This document shows positions 52,925 to 64,000 of a stretch of DNA of 64,000 nucleotides, one piece after another; within the stretch, counting starts at the first letter, position 1, and every line of letters starts with the position of its first letter. The notes under the pieces are model-generated. The model did not search any database, was not told where the DNA came from, and saw only the letters and a program-made list of their open reading frames with translations. The position numbers and the translations under genes were made by a program. The DNA is taken from NCBI RefSeq assembly GCF_036321535.1, contig NC_087437.1, positions 39,062,001 to 39,126,000 on the forward strand, written 5' to 3'. This DNA comes from Camelus dromedarius. Its lineage: Eukaryota.

Positions 52925-54800
52925 TTCATTCGATCACTTACTCAACTGCAGTTTTTGTACTTACGATGTGCCAGAGACTACCCCAAAGGGCTGGAAGACA
53001 GTCCTGAACATGACTGAAGAGCTCCCTGAGCTTCTCAGGAAGCTTACAGTCTCATCAAGGGAAAAAGGACAATAAACTAGTGAGTAACAAACTAAAGTCA
53101 TTTCAGATGGTGGTTAATATATAAAAATAAAAAGGGCAGTGTGATGGTTAGTGCTGCGTGTGGTGGGGAATGTGACAGTTTGAGAGCACACATGGAAAGC
53201 TGCTTTCAGGAGGTGACGGGCAAGTTGATAACTGAATAGTAAGAAAGGGCCATTATGTGAAGATCTGGGAGAAAATCTTCAGGGCAAAGGGAAGAGAAAA
53301 TTCAATTACCGGTTGTGGAAACAAGCTGGGCATATCCCAGGGGCAGAAGGAAGACCAGTTTCTACTGAAGCATAGTAAATGACATGGACACATTATGGAA
53401 CAGCAGGACAAGAAGGGAGAGAAGTAGTTTGGGAAGCGTGTGGGGAGCCATGGAAAGGACGTTGTCATTCAAAGAGCGCTGGAAAGGCACTGAAAAGTTT
53501 AAGTAGCTGAGCAACCTGATCCAATTTCTGTTTTCAAAAGATGATTTTGGCTGGTGTGGAGAGTGGGTTTTAAAGGGAACATGGATGGAGCAGGAGGAAG
53601 CTCATTAGGAGGACCCCACAGTTGGCAGAAACAACATGAGTGTGACTTACACTAAGGTGGTAGTAGTGGAGATGGAGAGAGAGGAACGACTTGAAACACA
53701 TTTTGGAAGTGAATCCAGTGGGTATTGCTCTTAGCTGGAATCTGGAGACACGGGAAAAAAGGTCACTCCTCAGATTTTAACTTGAGACCAGGGGGATGCT
53801 GGTAGAGTCCAGTACGAAATGGGAGTCTATGGGAAGAACAGTTTTGCACAAAGAAACCAAATGTTCTCATACAGAGCTGTCAAAGATGCTGTTGGGCTTT
53901 GTCTGGAGACAAAAGAAAGAAGTTTGAGTCAGAGTTGTAAGTTGAGGAGTCTTCAATGGATAAATGTTAATTAATGCTACAGGACTGGCTGGCATATCAC
54001 CTCCAGAGAGAGAAGAAGGAAGAAGGAAGAGGGCTCAGGACCAAGGCTGGGGCAGCCTGCCACCTAGAGGTTTGGCAGAAGAGGAGAATCCAGCCAAGAC
54101 CTTGTGACTTTTCATCAGATACTAAGCTTGGAGGAAAACCAGAAGAGTGCTCTGTCACAGAAACCGACAGGAAAAAAAAAAAAAATTCAGAAGGAGATGA
54201 TAGTAATACCCTGGACTGTCTTCTCATCTTCATCTTAATGAGAAGATAGGCCAAAATATTATTATCGGCTCCTACTGAATGACGAGGGCTGGTAATATGA
54301 ATGTCATAGGTAGGTTTTGTAAAAGCAGTTCGGTGGAGGGGAGGCAGATGAAAACTGATTGTAGAAGAGTGAACGGGAGACAAGGAGATGCAGATGCCAG
54401 TAGACCACTCTTTTGATAAGTTTTTTTACTGAGGAAGTGGAACAGAGAAAGGCAGTGGTCAAGAAGGAAGGTATGAGAAGACCAGAAACGTGTTTTCTAA
54501 GAAAGAGACTTCAGAGTAGTTTGTATGCTCGGGGAAATACTCAAGCTGAAAGAGAGAAAAAAAAAGAAAGATGCAGGAGAGAGAGGACAGCATTGCTGGA
54601 GTGATGTCCCCAGGAGGTGACTTGGGCTTAAGTGAAGAGAGCAGATGTCCATCTGAGCAGGGCCAGGATGTGTCTTCCAGAGAAGGAATGTGAAGAATGT
54701 GGCTACAGATGCAGAGAGATGCAGATGGCAGGTTTAGTGATGAGAAGATGAAAATGTTTCTGCTCTGTTGCCTCTGTGTTTTTCCCCCATAAGCTGTGAG
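52925..54800 (-). mobile_element. Long L2 fragment
   Basis: Starts with L2 tail CATTCATTCGATCACTTACTCAAC...TGTGCCAGAGACT; internal GGAAAGGCACTGAAAAGTTTAAG...TTTCAAAAGATGATTTTGGCTG and CTAAGGTGGTAGTAGTGGAGATGGAGAG. Confidence 0.8.
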
Positions 54801-57308
54801 GCACTGAGAGTGGCAGGGGTGATTGAAAAGACAGGTTTGTTGGAAGGGTAGATCAGAGGAATACCCAAACGATCAACCCTGTGTACCTTCTGGGGGGGAG
54901 GCTATCACCAATTAACCATATTTAATAGAAAAGGAAAGATGGGATGACAGCAACCTGCAAGAGTGCCTACTGCTGATCATAAAGAGGAAGCAATACTAAC
55001 CATAGTAGTGGTGCCCCCTAGAGTCTGACTGCTGCATTCCCAGGGCTACTAAGGAGCAACTGCTTCTAATTGTTGAGAAGTATGGACAGAGCCACTTCAG
55101 TATGATTTTCTTTTAAGAGAAGCACCTAAATTTAGTGAGAATATTTGCACTATGAGTTTTGCTGTGACCTTATTGAAACCAAGAAAATATTTCCTCTTTA
55201 GGAAAGAGGGGTTTCAATTTAATTTGCCACCTTCTTCCCCACAAATAAGGGATGCACATCCCTTTCAGAGCCAATGAAAAGTAGCTTTAAAGTATATATT
55301 TTTAGAGCACTGAAACTCACATAGAGTGATCTTCATCCTCAACCCCTTTTTCCTCTTTCAAAACCTTTGTGTAAAGATCGCAAGGCGGGCACCACCTGCC
55401 CAAAGAAGTGCTTTTGAGAGCAGATTTGATGATGCTTGATAAAATTCCTTGTCTAGAACCCAGTCTATCCTCATGAGAACAGACCATTCTGATGTTACAG
55501 TTTCTTGAGCATGGTTGTTGCTCTTTTCTGGATAACTTTGAGAAGTAAAAAGGAAGATCAATTCTGGGTATGTTTCCACCGATACCTCTGAGAGAGGTAT
55601 AATCTGTTTGTATCGAGGTTGCTTGCTTATTTAACATCTGACAGGCAGGAAGCCAAACCTGGGTTTTGTGATAGAGGGAAAAAAGTTACCTGCCAAAAAT
55701 TTCTACCACCCACAAACATGTGTGTGCTGGTATGCATGTGTGTGTGTATGCATGCATGTATTCCCCTTCCTCGGGACATTGGTCTTCTAAGGATGACATT
55801 TCGCTATGTAGTGTGATTACTTTTCCCAAAGTTACGAGCATTTAGTGGTTCTGTTTATTTGCATTTTTAATATTCTTAAATAACAGAAAATAACTTGGGG
55901 ATCTAATATATCACTTTATCCAGTGCAAAAAAGGAAATGGGGAATGGCATATCCCTGAAATTAGATATTGAAGAAGTACAGATTTAGAACAACTTAGTAG
56001 TTTTTATTTAAGTTTTAAAATAATTTTTGAGAGCTGAGTTCTGATTTACAAGGTGATAGTAATGGAAGTTTAGCTTTAAGTCTTTCTAACTTTGCAGAAA
56101 TCTGAAATCTGTACCCTCTGGAGAAAAACAGAGGCACACACTTAAAACATTGAAATGGTACCTGGTTCCACAGAGTAAAGCCAATATGACTGTAAATTTT
56201 AAAGATTTGTGGACTGGAGCCAATTTGTAAAACATTTCTGAGTCTTCAGTGGTCTTATTAAAATGCAGACTCACACACACTGTGCTGTAATGATATGTAT
56301 TTAAGCACCAAATTTATATGCCTTTGAGTTTGTTATTCTCATTTGCAGAAGGATTTAAAATATAAAATTCTACTTTTTTATTTAATAATTATTTTATGCC
56401 TGGGTATTGGAATGTTTATTATTGGTTAACACTCATCCCGTGTAGGTACACATGTTATATGCATACTCTTTGGAGACATGCTACTTTATAAGGCTAGGAC
56501 ATAAGTATATACCTATTATTAATGTACAGCTTCCAGTGTATATCTATGATACATGATATTTTTCTTCGCTCTTTTAGAATGATAGATTTTTGTCTCTATG
56601 TAGCTTTTATGGTTAGATTGAGTGATGATTTTCTCTCTCAGAGGTATCAGTGGAAACATTTCTAACTGCCTGAGGCAGTCATATGCCACAGCTGGCACCG
56701 TATTTAAGCTACTTCCCCACATAAGTGCATAATTTTGTCACCTGGTGATAAACAGCAAAGAGCTACAGAAGGAAGTTTTGCAAAAATAGTCCTGTTTTCA
56801 CTGAGCTAATGCTGCAGCTCTGTCAATTAGGCCTTTCAAGGTAGATGAAAACATTTGTTTGCAAATTAAACGACTTAGCAGATTTCGTCAAGACTCAGCA
56901 AAACTCAGAAGGCCATTTCCTAAAGATGCAGCCACGTTCTTACTGGGTATAGATGAACAGACACTCTCTGTGACATTTAGCGGCTCCTCAAATATTGGAA
57001 AGCTTTTAAGTAAGGGAAAACCAACACTCTTAACTTAGGGAAAGTCAAAGAAGATAACAAATGAAACAAAAAAATGATAAAAAACATGAAATAAATAATT
57101 TTTCACAAAGGTATATACTGAAGAAAACAAGAAAGTGAGTGAAGTAATTAATTTGAGTTGGTAAAGCTTTTCATTTCATTTTTCAAGTTATAGCTCTGAC
57201 TTCCTTGTTCCTAAATGATAAAGCGTCTTAATGAAATAAAGTAACAGGAGTATTTGCTGTCTGCATTAATATGATGCCAACAGTTTAAACCCAAGATGAT
57301 GATTTAGT

Positions 57309-57372
57309 AAAATAAATAAATAAATGAATGAATGAATGAATGAATGAATGTAAAATTAAATTAAATTAAAAA
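57309..57372. repeat. Compound (AAAT)n(GAAT)n(AAATT)n simple repeat
   Basis: Read directly. Confidence 0.9.
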
Positions 57373-58696
57373 ACCCCAGCCATCTGCTTAAAGTGACATT
57401 TTGGAAAATACCAGAACAAGATCTATTTTTAAAGTTTTGCACTTTTGAAATTACTGCCTATACCTTAACAGTCCCCTCAAAATATATTTCTGTTTCAAAG
57501 AGAAGAAATACGAAAATGTTTGCAGTCATGCTGTGCCGATCCACCGTATCATGTGATCCCCTCCCTTGTTTCCCAGTTTTGTCTTCTCCAGGGCACCTGC
57601 TTCCAAATCTTTCCTGACCCTTTGTCACTATTCAGTCTTCCCAACTTGGGGTCCCATTCCTTTAGAGTCTCTACTTTCTGCTTACTAATTTTTGCTTTTA
57701 ATGTAAAACAATGCCCTCTTTCAGTGGATATTTGTTTCTTTGAAAAAAACCACAGTTCAAGGCATCAGCAGACACGTCTGTCCCTATGGGAGCTGGTGGA
57801 ATGATTTGCTGCGCCTTTCCCCCTCTGTCCTCACCAAATTACGCTGGGGTTGAAATCTGCTACTTTTGCTCATGCATCTTGACCCTACATCTCTCTACAG
57901 AGAATTGAACTGTCAGCCTTTGAAATAACAGAATAATTTAGGTGATGAGGTTTTATTTTTTTTCTTCTCGGAGGATTACATTGAAAAACATACTTCTTTA
58001 TATAGAGAGATAAAACCCCTGTTCTAAAAAAATAGTGAAATCAGTGCCTTTCAAAATAGCATTTATGAATAAAGAGAATAGTCATGAAATACATGTGGGG
58101 TGAAAGTCTCTTTCAAGAGCACTGATGGACAACAAGATCATTAAGCTTTTGGGGGAGCAGAAGAGTGAGAGAAATAGGGCAGTTTCTAGTTCTGGGTAGG
58201 TAGTAAAAGACATTTTCTCATGAAATAAAAATTCATGGTTATTTTTGTTAGATAAGAAAATTAGATACTGAATTAGAGGTCAGTGAGTAGCATTACTTTT
58301 AGGAAATGTTAATTTTTACTCTGAATTCTGGAAAAAGACCCAGAAGTAGTAGTCAGTTTGCTACAAATGTCTTCCAGATTTTCACAGGCCCCCATGGAGG
58401 GTGTGTAATGGACGAACATGGGCCACCAGGTCAGCTCTCAGCTGGTCGTTGAGGTAGTTTGTTCAGCTGGGCCAGCTGTTGGGCAGGCTAAAAATAGAAA
58501 GACTAAAACAGTCAATTTTAAGGGACAAAGGCCTTAATGACAGTTAATAGGAATTCAAGATAATGTCAACTCTTCAGATATTCAGGGAGGGCCAAAAAAT
58601 AGTGCAATCAATGCCAAGTTTGAACAGTAGATTCCATCCAGGCACAAGCTAAGCATTTGTAGCTCTCTGCTGGTTGTTTCCGTCAAGAGAAGTTGA

Positions 58697-58866
58697 ACAA
58701 AGTTTCAGGGATTTGGAGCTCGAAACTAATCCAATGCAGGAAACCGTATTTAACAAAAATAATACAAAATTATGAATACAGAATCAGACCCAAGTTGGAA
58801 GGGGCTTACGGAAGTGAGGAGGCTTAAAGCTTAAGTTTTAGAAACTTCATACTCAATCTGTCTCTG
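58697..58866. mobile_element. MER53 hAT element
   Basis: AATACAAAATTATGAATACA...TTGGAAGGGGC...AAGTGAGG...AAGCTTAAG...AATCTGTCTCTG. Confidence 0.75.
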
Positions 58867-58967
58867 AGTACAGAGATGGTGCTGCTGTCAGCTTCAAAGG
58901 CAGGTCCTTCCAGAGGGAGTAAGAGCCACTGCAGGAACAAGACAAGGAACTGCATCATGATGGCTCA

Positions 58968-59135
58968 CTAGTTCACAACCAGAAACTGAATGTTAGAGTC
59001 ACATGGGGGCCTTAAAAATAAAACATGCCTGGGCTCCAGGTTTCCACCCAGTTAGTCTGGGTTGGTGCTAAGTCATTGGTGTTACTTAGCCTCTTTCCTC
59101 CATGTAGTTCTGAAATGCAGCCAAGTCTGAAGTCT
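58968..59135. mobile_element. MER5-family MITE
   Basis: TTAGAGTCACATGGGG...ATGCCTGGGCTCCA...TTCTGAAATGCAGCCAAGTCTGA. Confidence 0.6.
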
Positions 59136-60492
59136 AGGATCGTTCATAATAATGGCGGTGAAGATGATTTTGTTGCTGTCACATATAGAACATCTACCTC
59201 GCGTGGGAAGATACAGTATCAAACACTTGACAGGCATTTATCTTCTTAGCGTTCAAGACCCCCAGACTTAGAAGTAGCATCACCATTCTAACATGAAGGA
59301 TTCTGAGGCTCAAGGATGTGCCTTGGGTCATCCAGCAAAAGTGAGATCTAAGTGCAGGAATCAGGATCTAAACTCCAGCCTTGCCAGTTTTCTAGCTTTT
59401 TTTTTTTTTATTGCTCTATATTTCTACCTTCTTAGATGATAGCATCTTTGTGGGGGCCAAAGAAAGTTCAAGACCTCGCAGAATGAACCCAGGAGCTAAC
59501 TGACTACCAGTAGGGGAATGTGTAAGGACTGCCTGCCTGCCAGATAAGTTCTTGGAAGCACAAGAACTCACAGGCCCATGGAGCAGAGGTGACTATTAAC
59601 TATTTCTGGATCTAAAAGTAGTTATATGGAGGTTCTTCTTACTCTCCTAACCCCAGCAATGAAGGTTAAATACACCATCAGGCACCACAAGCTTTTCTCA
59701 CACCTTTTCTCCTCATTCTCTTTTGTTGCTCACAGAGTTTCTTGCTTCCTGGTTAGATATCACTGCTCCGGTCTGTAGATTCCTTTTTTATTTTCTGCAT
59801 TAATGCCTTCCATGCCCCTCCTCTTTTCTCTCTGCCATCAGCTGTAGGCTAATAAAATGTGTTTGTATATATCTTATGTGTACATGGATATATATTTATC
59901 TATGTATACACAGGAGTTTCCTCCCAGTTCCTGGCTGAAGCTCTTGAGCTCTGTTATTCAGCTAGTCAAAAGCTGCTCTCAATTTCTTACAGCACTTAGC
60001 TTTAAAACTACTTGCTTCTGTTTTGGTAACTCCTTTTTTCCTGATAACTGGACAATTCCATATTCTAGGAGCTGGATGAGTCCACATCAGGCCAGGGGCA
60101 ATTTGAGAAGCATACTACCATACTGCACTCTAAGTCAGCTGCAACTACTGACCACCAGTTCATGTCCCAAAGCAAGTTGATGCACCATCTTTTCCCCATC
60201 TAGCTGGCTAACGGCTCCAAAATCAGCCAGGATCCCCACTGGCCAATAAAATCCACTGTTGTCCATCCACGTGTCCTAACTTGCCTGGCCATGGGAGAAT
60301 TTCCACGGTGGGTATTACTTGGTCACTTGCTCTGGTTCTCTTGCTCCGAGAATAAATAGACAGAAGAGATGCAGAAGGAGGAGCACGGGTGGGACTCAGA
60401 ATCCTGGCTTTACATGAGGCTCTAATTCTTTGTAGTCACTGGGTCTTGGGCAAGTTAGTTGTTCTGTCATCGCCTATATAAAGTGAGAATAG

Positions 60493-61060
60493 ATAATCTC
60501 TAGGTCCATCAATATCACTGCAAATGGTATTATTTCTTTCTTTTTTATGGCTGAGTAGTATTGCATTGTGTGCGTGTGTGTGTGTGTCTGTGTATGCAAC
60601 TCACATCTTCTTTACCCAATCATCTGTCAGTGGGTGGACATTTAGGTTGCCTCCACAGAATCCACTAGAGATTATTGTACTAAGTGATGTAAGTCAGACA
60701 GAGAAAAACAAATATCATATGATATCACTTATATGTGGAATCTAAAAAAATGGCAGAAATGAACTTATTTACAAAACAGAAATGGACACCGAAGATGAAC
60801 TTATGGTTACCAAAGGGGAAAGGGGGAGAGGGATAAACTAGAAGTTGGAGATTAGCAGATATAAACTGCTATATATAAAACAGATGAACAAGGTCCTACT
60901 GTATAACACAGGGCACTATATTCAATATCTTGTAATAACCTATAATAAAAAGAATCTGAAAAAGCATGTATGTATGTAGAACTGAATCACTATGCTGTAC
61001 ATCAGAAACTACTGCAACATTGTAAATCAACTATACTTCAGTAAAAAAAAAAGCAAAACT
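60493..61060 (+). mobile_element. 5'-inverted L1 inserted into a MIR
   Basis: 60493-60655 is antisense L1 and 60665-61060 is the sense L1 3' end with A tail. The two pieces are adjacent in the L1 consensus. MIR sequence flanks both sides (~60370-60492 and ~61075-61180). Confidence 0.9.
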
Positions 61061-61719
61061 TAGGAAAAAAGTATAAAAATGAAAAAAGGGAAACAGAATG
61101 CCTATCTGATGTAATTTTTTAGATTTAATAATGTGAAAAACTCTTTTGAAACATGATTGGCACATGGGGATGTCTAATATATTTTCAAATCTTATTTTTA
61201 AATAAAGATGCTTCCCTTTATCAAGAAAGATGTCTGCTATTATAATTTACTTTAATAGAAGTCCCCTTTCCTAGGATATCATTTTTTAAAAGTTTCATGA
61301 CCCTGGTTATACTTCTCCTGTGTGACTCTAATAAGCTGTCAAAAAAAGCTGTGCACATTTTTTGAGGGATGAAGTATAGATTTAGAGATTCCAGATATTA
61401 CTAAGTTTTGTCACTCCCTGCCTGCTGATTTGAGGTTCGCTGTCAACTCTAATACGTAAATCAAGAGAAATCATTAGAAATATCTCAAACTCTCCTTTCT
61501 TGTTAGTATAACAGTGTAATGTGTTCAGTAAGTACTGATTTATGCGTGTTACCGAATTTTTCCTTTCTGTACTGAAAATGTGCTCTTTTATTGCTTTCAG
61601 GTAATTGAATCAACTGAGAGAACAAAATATTTTGTGATGTATATGGAGCAGAAATAAAAATATATGGTACTTTGTATCAGATATGTATATTTTAGGGAAA
61701 GTAATATACATATTACATA

Positions 61720-61830
61720 TTCATTCATTCGTTAGATCAGTAAAGTGTTACTGAGTTCCTACTCTGTGCCAGAAACTGTTCTAGGTGCTAAAGGTATAGT
61801 TATGACCAAATCAGGCAGAAATCTCTGCCC
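61720..61830 (-). mobile_element. L2 3' tail
   Basis: TTCATTCATTC...TTACTGAGTTCCTACTCTGTGCCAGAAACTGTTCTAGGTGCT. Confidence 0.75.
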
Positions 61831-63272
61831 TCACTTAACATAAATTCCACAAACAATTAAAAGGCTAAAACATGAAGATGGATTTTTTCCTTATTTATAT
61901 TGTATACTTATTATGACCAGTTAGCACGTGTTTGTTCTTTTTGTTTGTTTTCACATAATCATTTGTCTCATTAAATAGTAAATTTGTGAGGGCATGATTA
62001 TGCTTTATTCTATATATGAGGAAAGGGCAGCTTGGTGGGGTCCTAAGCTCTCACAGCAAAGTCAGTAGTAGAGTCGACCGTGGATTTCAGATCCTGCAAC
62101 TAATAGTGACTTGCACTTTCTGCTGCTTCTACAGTCCTTATTTTAATATTCTTTCTTCTCCTATGATTTAACAGTAAATACCATTGCCAGAAAGAAAAAC
62201 TGAGAGATCGATTTTCTTCTTACTTTGCCACACTGCAAGTACAAAAAGTGCAATGATATCCATCCCAATTGATGAACGTAGGTAAATTCACACATCTTAG
62301 AAGAGGAATAAAACAAAATTAGGTGTATTAATCAAACATTCATACACCTCTGGCAGTAGCTTACTTCTAATGTGGACTTTTAAATTTTGTTTTTGCTTTT
62401 TACTGGTCTAGAGACCACAAGAATGTTGTGTTAACTACACTGGCAGTTTAAGCTAGGTTTCACCTTACGCTTTTGCTTTTCTGCTCTTGTTAGTTTTACA
62501 GTTAGCATAGTGCAATCGTTTGGCTGTTCCTCATAAGCCGTCTTCAGTGGGCTTCTTAATTTTTAGTTAACAATGAATAAGTTTCTACAGGTAGATAGAT
62601 GCTTCCTCAGAAAGGTGACAATGGTGATGATAATTTAGAGTATCTTTGAACATGGCTTTGGGAACAAGAACCATCTTGTGAAAAAAAGTCTACATTAAAG
62701 CATTTTTTGCTTCATAATCCTTTTATGAACTATTTCATAGATGTATTTATGCAGAGAATTTGCAGATTGAGGGAAAACACACTTTTATCTGTAAGACAAT
62801 AATAGCGTTCAGCTTCATCATCAGGAGCAATTGCTGAGCAGCTGTAATAGATTCTTTAGCATTGATTGTGCATCACTAAATGCTGATAGTATAATCTAGT
62901 GTTCTCGTTGCTGTGCAACAGTAAATAAAATGGTCCATTTCTCCTCTGTCTAAGAAATCTCCTTTAAGAAGGAAAGGAAAAATGTCAGTGTGAGGAAGTT
63001 GGGAACAAATATTCATCACCGACAAACGAGAAAAGACTCACGTGTCAGCATAGGCGCACATCTGATACTTCACTCCCCTGGCCTTCTTCAGGTTGCCTGT
63101 TCAGTGCCCTGAGAGCCAGTCGCCATTCTATGAAATGTATAGATGGAGCAGAAAGGTCAAGGGACCTCAGAGCTTGATCTCTCCCTCTCTGAGCATTGGC
63201 TTTCAACATGAACAAAGGAACAAGTCAAGTCACAGCGAGGTGAATTCGATGTCAGGAAGGGACATTGTACAG

Positions 63273-64000
63273 GTTTGTTTTATTTATTTATTTATTTAAG
63301 TGAAGTATAGCCAGTTTATAAAGTGTCAATTTCTGGTGTACAGCGTAATGTTTCAGTCATACATATACATACATATATTTGTTTCCATATTCTTTTTCAC
63401 TATAGGTTACTACAAGATATTGAATATAGTTCCCTTGCTATACAGTAAAAACTTGTTCATCTATTTTATATATAGTAGTATCTTCAAATCTCCAAATCCC
63501 AATTTATCCCTTCCTACCCCCTTCCTTCCTGGTAGCTATAAGTTTGTTTTCTATGTGTATGAGTCTGTTTTCATTTTGTAAATGTGTTCATTTGCCTTTT
63601 TTTTTTTTTTTTTAGATTCCACATATAAGTGATATCATATGATATTTTTCTTCTCTTTTTGGCCTACTTCATTTAGAATGACTATCTCCAGGTCCATCCA
63701 TGTTGCTGCAAATAGCATTATTTTATTCTTTTTAATGGCTGAGTAGTATGCCATTGTATAAATATACTACAACTTCTTTATTCAGTCATCTGTTGATGGA
63801 CATTTAGGTTGTTTCTATGTCCTGGCTATTGTAAACAGTGCTTCTGTGAACACTGGGGTGCATGTATCTTTTCAAATTAGAGTTTCCTCCAGATATATGC
63901 CCAGGAATGGGATTGCTGGATCATATGGTAAGTCTATTTTTAGTCTTTTGAGGAGTCTCCATCCTGTTTTCCATAATGGCTGTACCAAACTACATTCCCA
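63273..64000 (-). mobile_element. Young L1 (3' UTR and end of ORF2), runs off the window
   Basis: (TTTA)n tail, GAAGTATAGCCAGTTTA, TAGATTCCACATATAAGTGATATCATATG, GGGATTGCTGGATCATATGGTA. Confidence 0.95.

Noticed and set aside
1..64000. CRISPR arrays, operons, tRNA or rRNA genes, intact transposases
   Set aside because: No repeat-spacer periodicity, no recognisable structural RNA genes and no long intact ORFs; the sequence is mammalian non-coding DNA.

Overview
AT-rich, CpG-depleted mammalian genomic DNA, intergenic or deep inside a large intron. I found no credible protein-coding exon, tRNA, rRNA or CRISPR array. The only ORFs with recognisable protein similarity are broken LINE-1 ORF2 remnants near 6.9-7.6 kb. 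Much of the window is interspersed repeat: young cetartiodactyl-type L1 3' ends, old L1M, L2, MIR, MLT1 and MER21 LTRs, and hAT/Tc2 MITEs (MER5, MER20, MER53, MER104, MER112). No Alu, B1, Bov, CHR, PRE or CanSINE was seen, which tentatively suggests a camelid. The most notable unexplained structures are a ~115-bp fold-back inverted duplication inside an L2 (15325-15578) and an 86-nt pre-miRNA-shaped hairpin in apparently unique DNA (51018-51103). Also of note are a CArG+ETS composite element, co-oriented CTCF-like motifs, several candidate non-coding or micro exons, and L1 insertion fossils (5' inversion, 30-50 bp insertions with TSDs). I cannot support a claim of a new biological system. Repeat family names come from recalled consensus sequences, and repeat boundaries are approximate.
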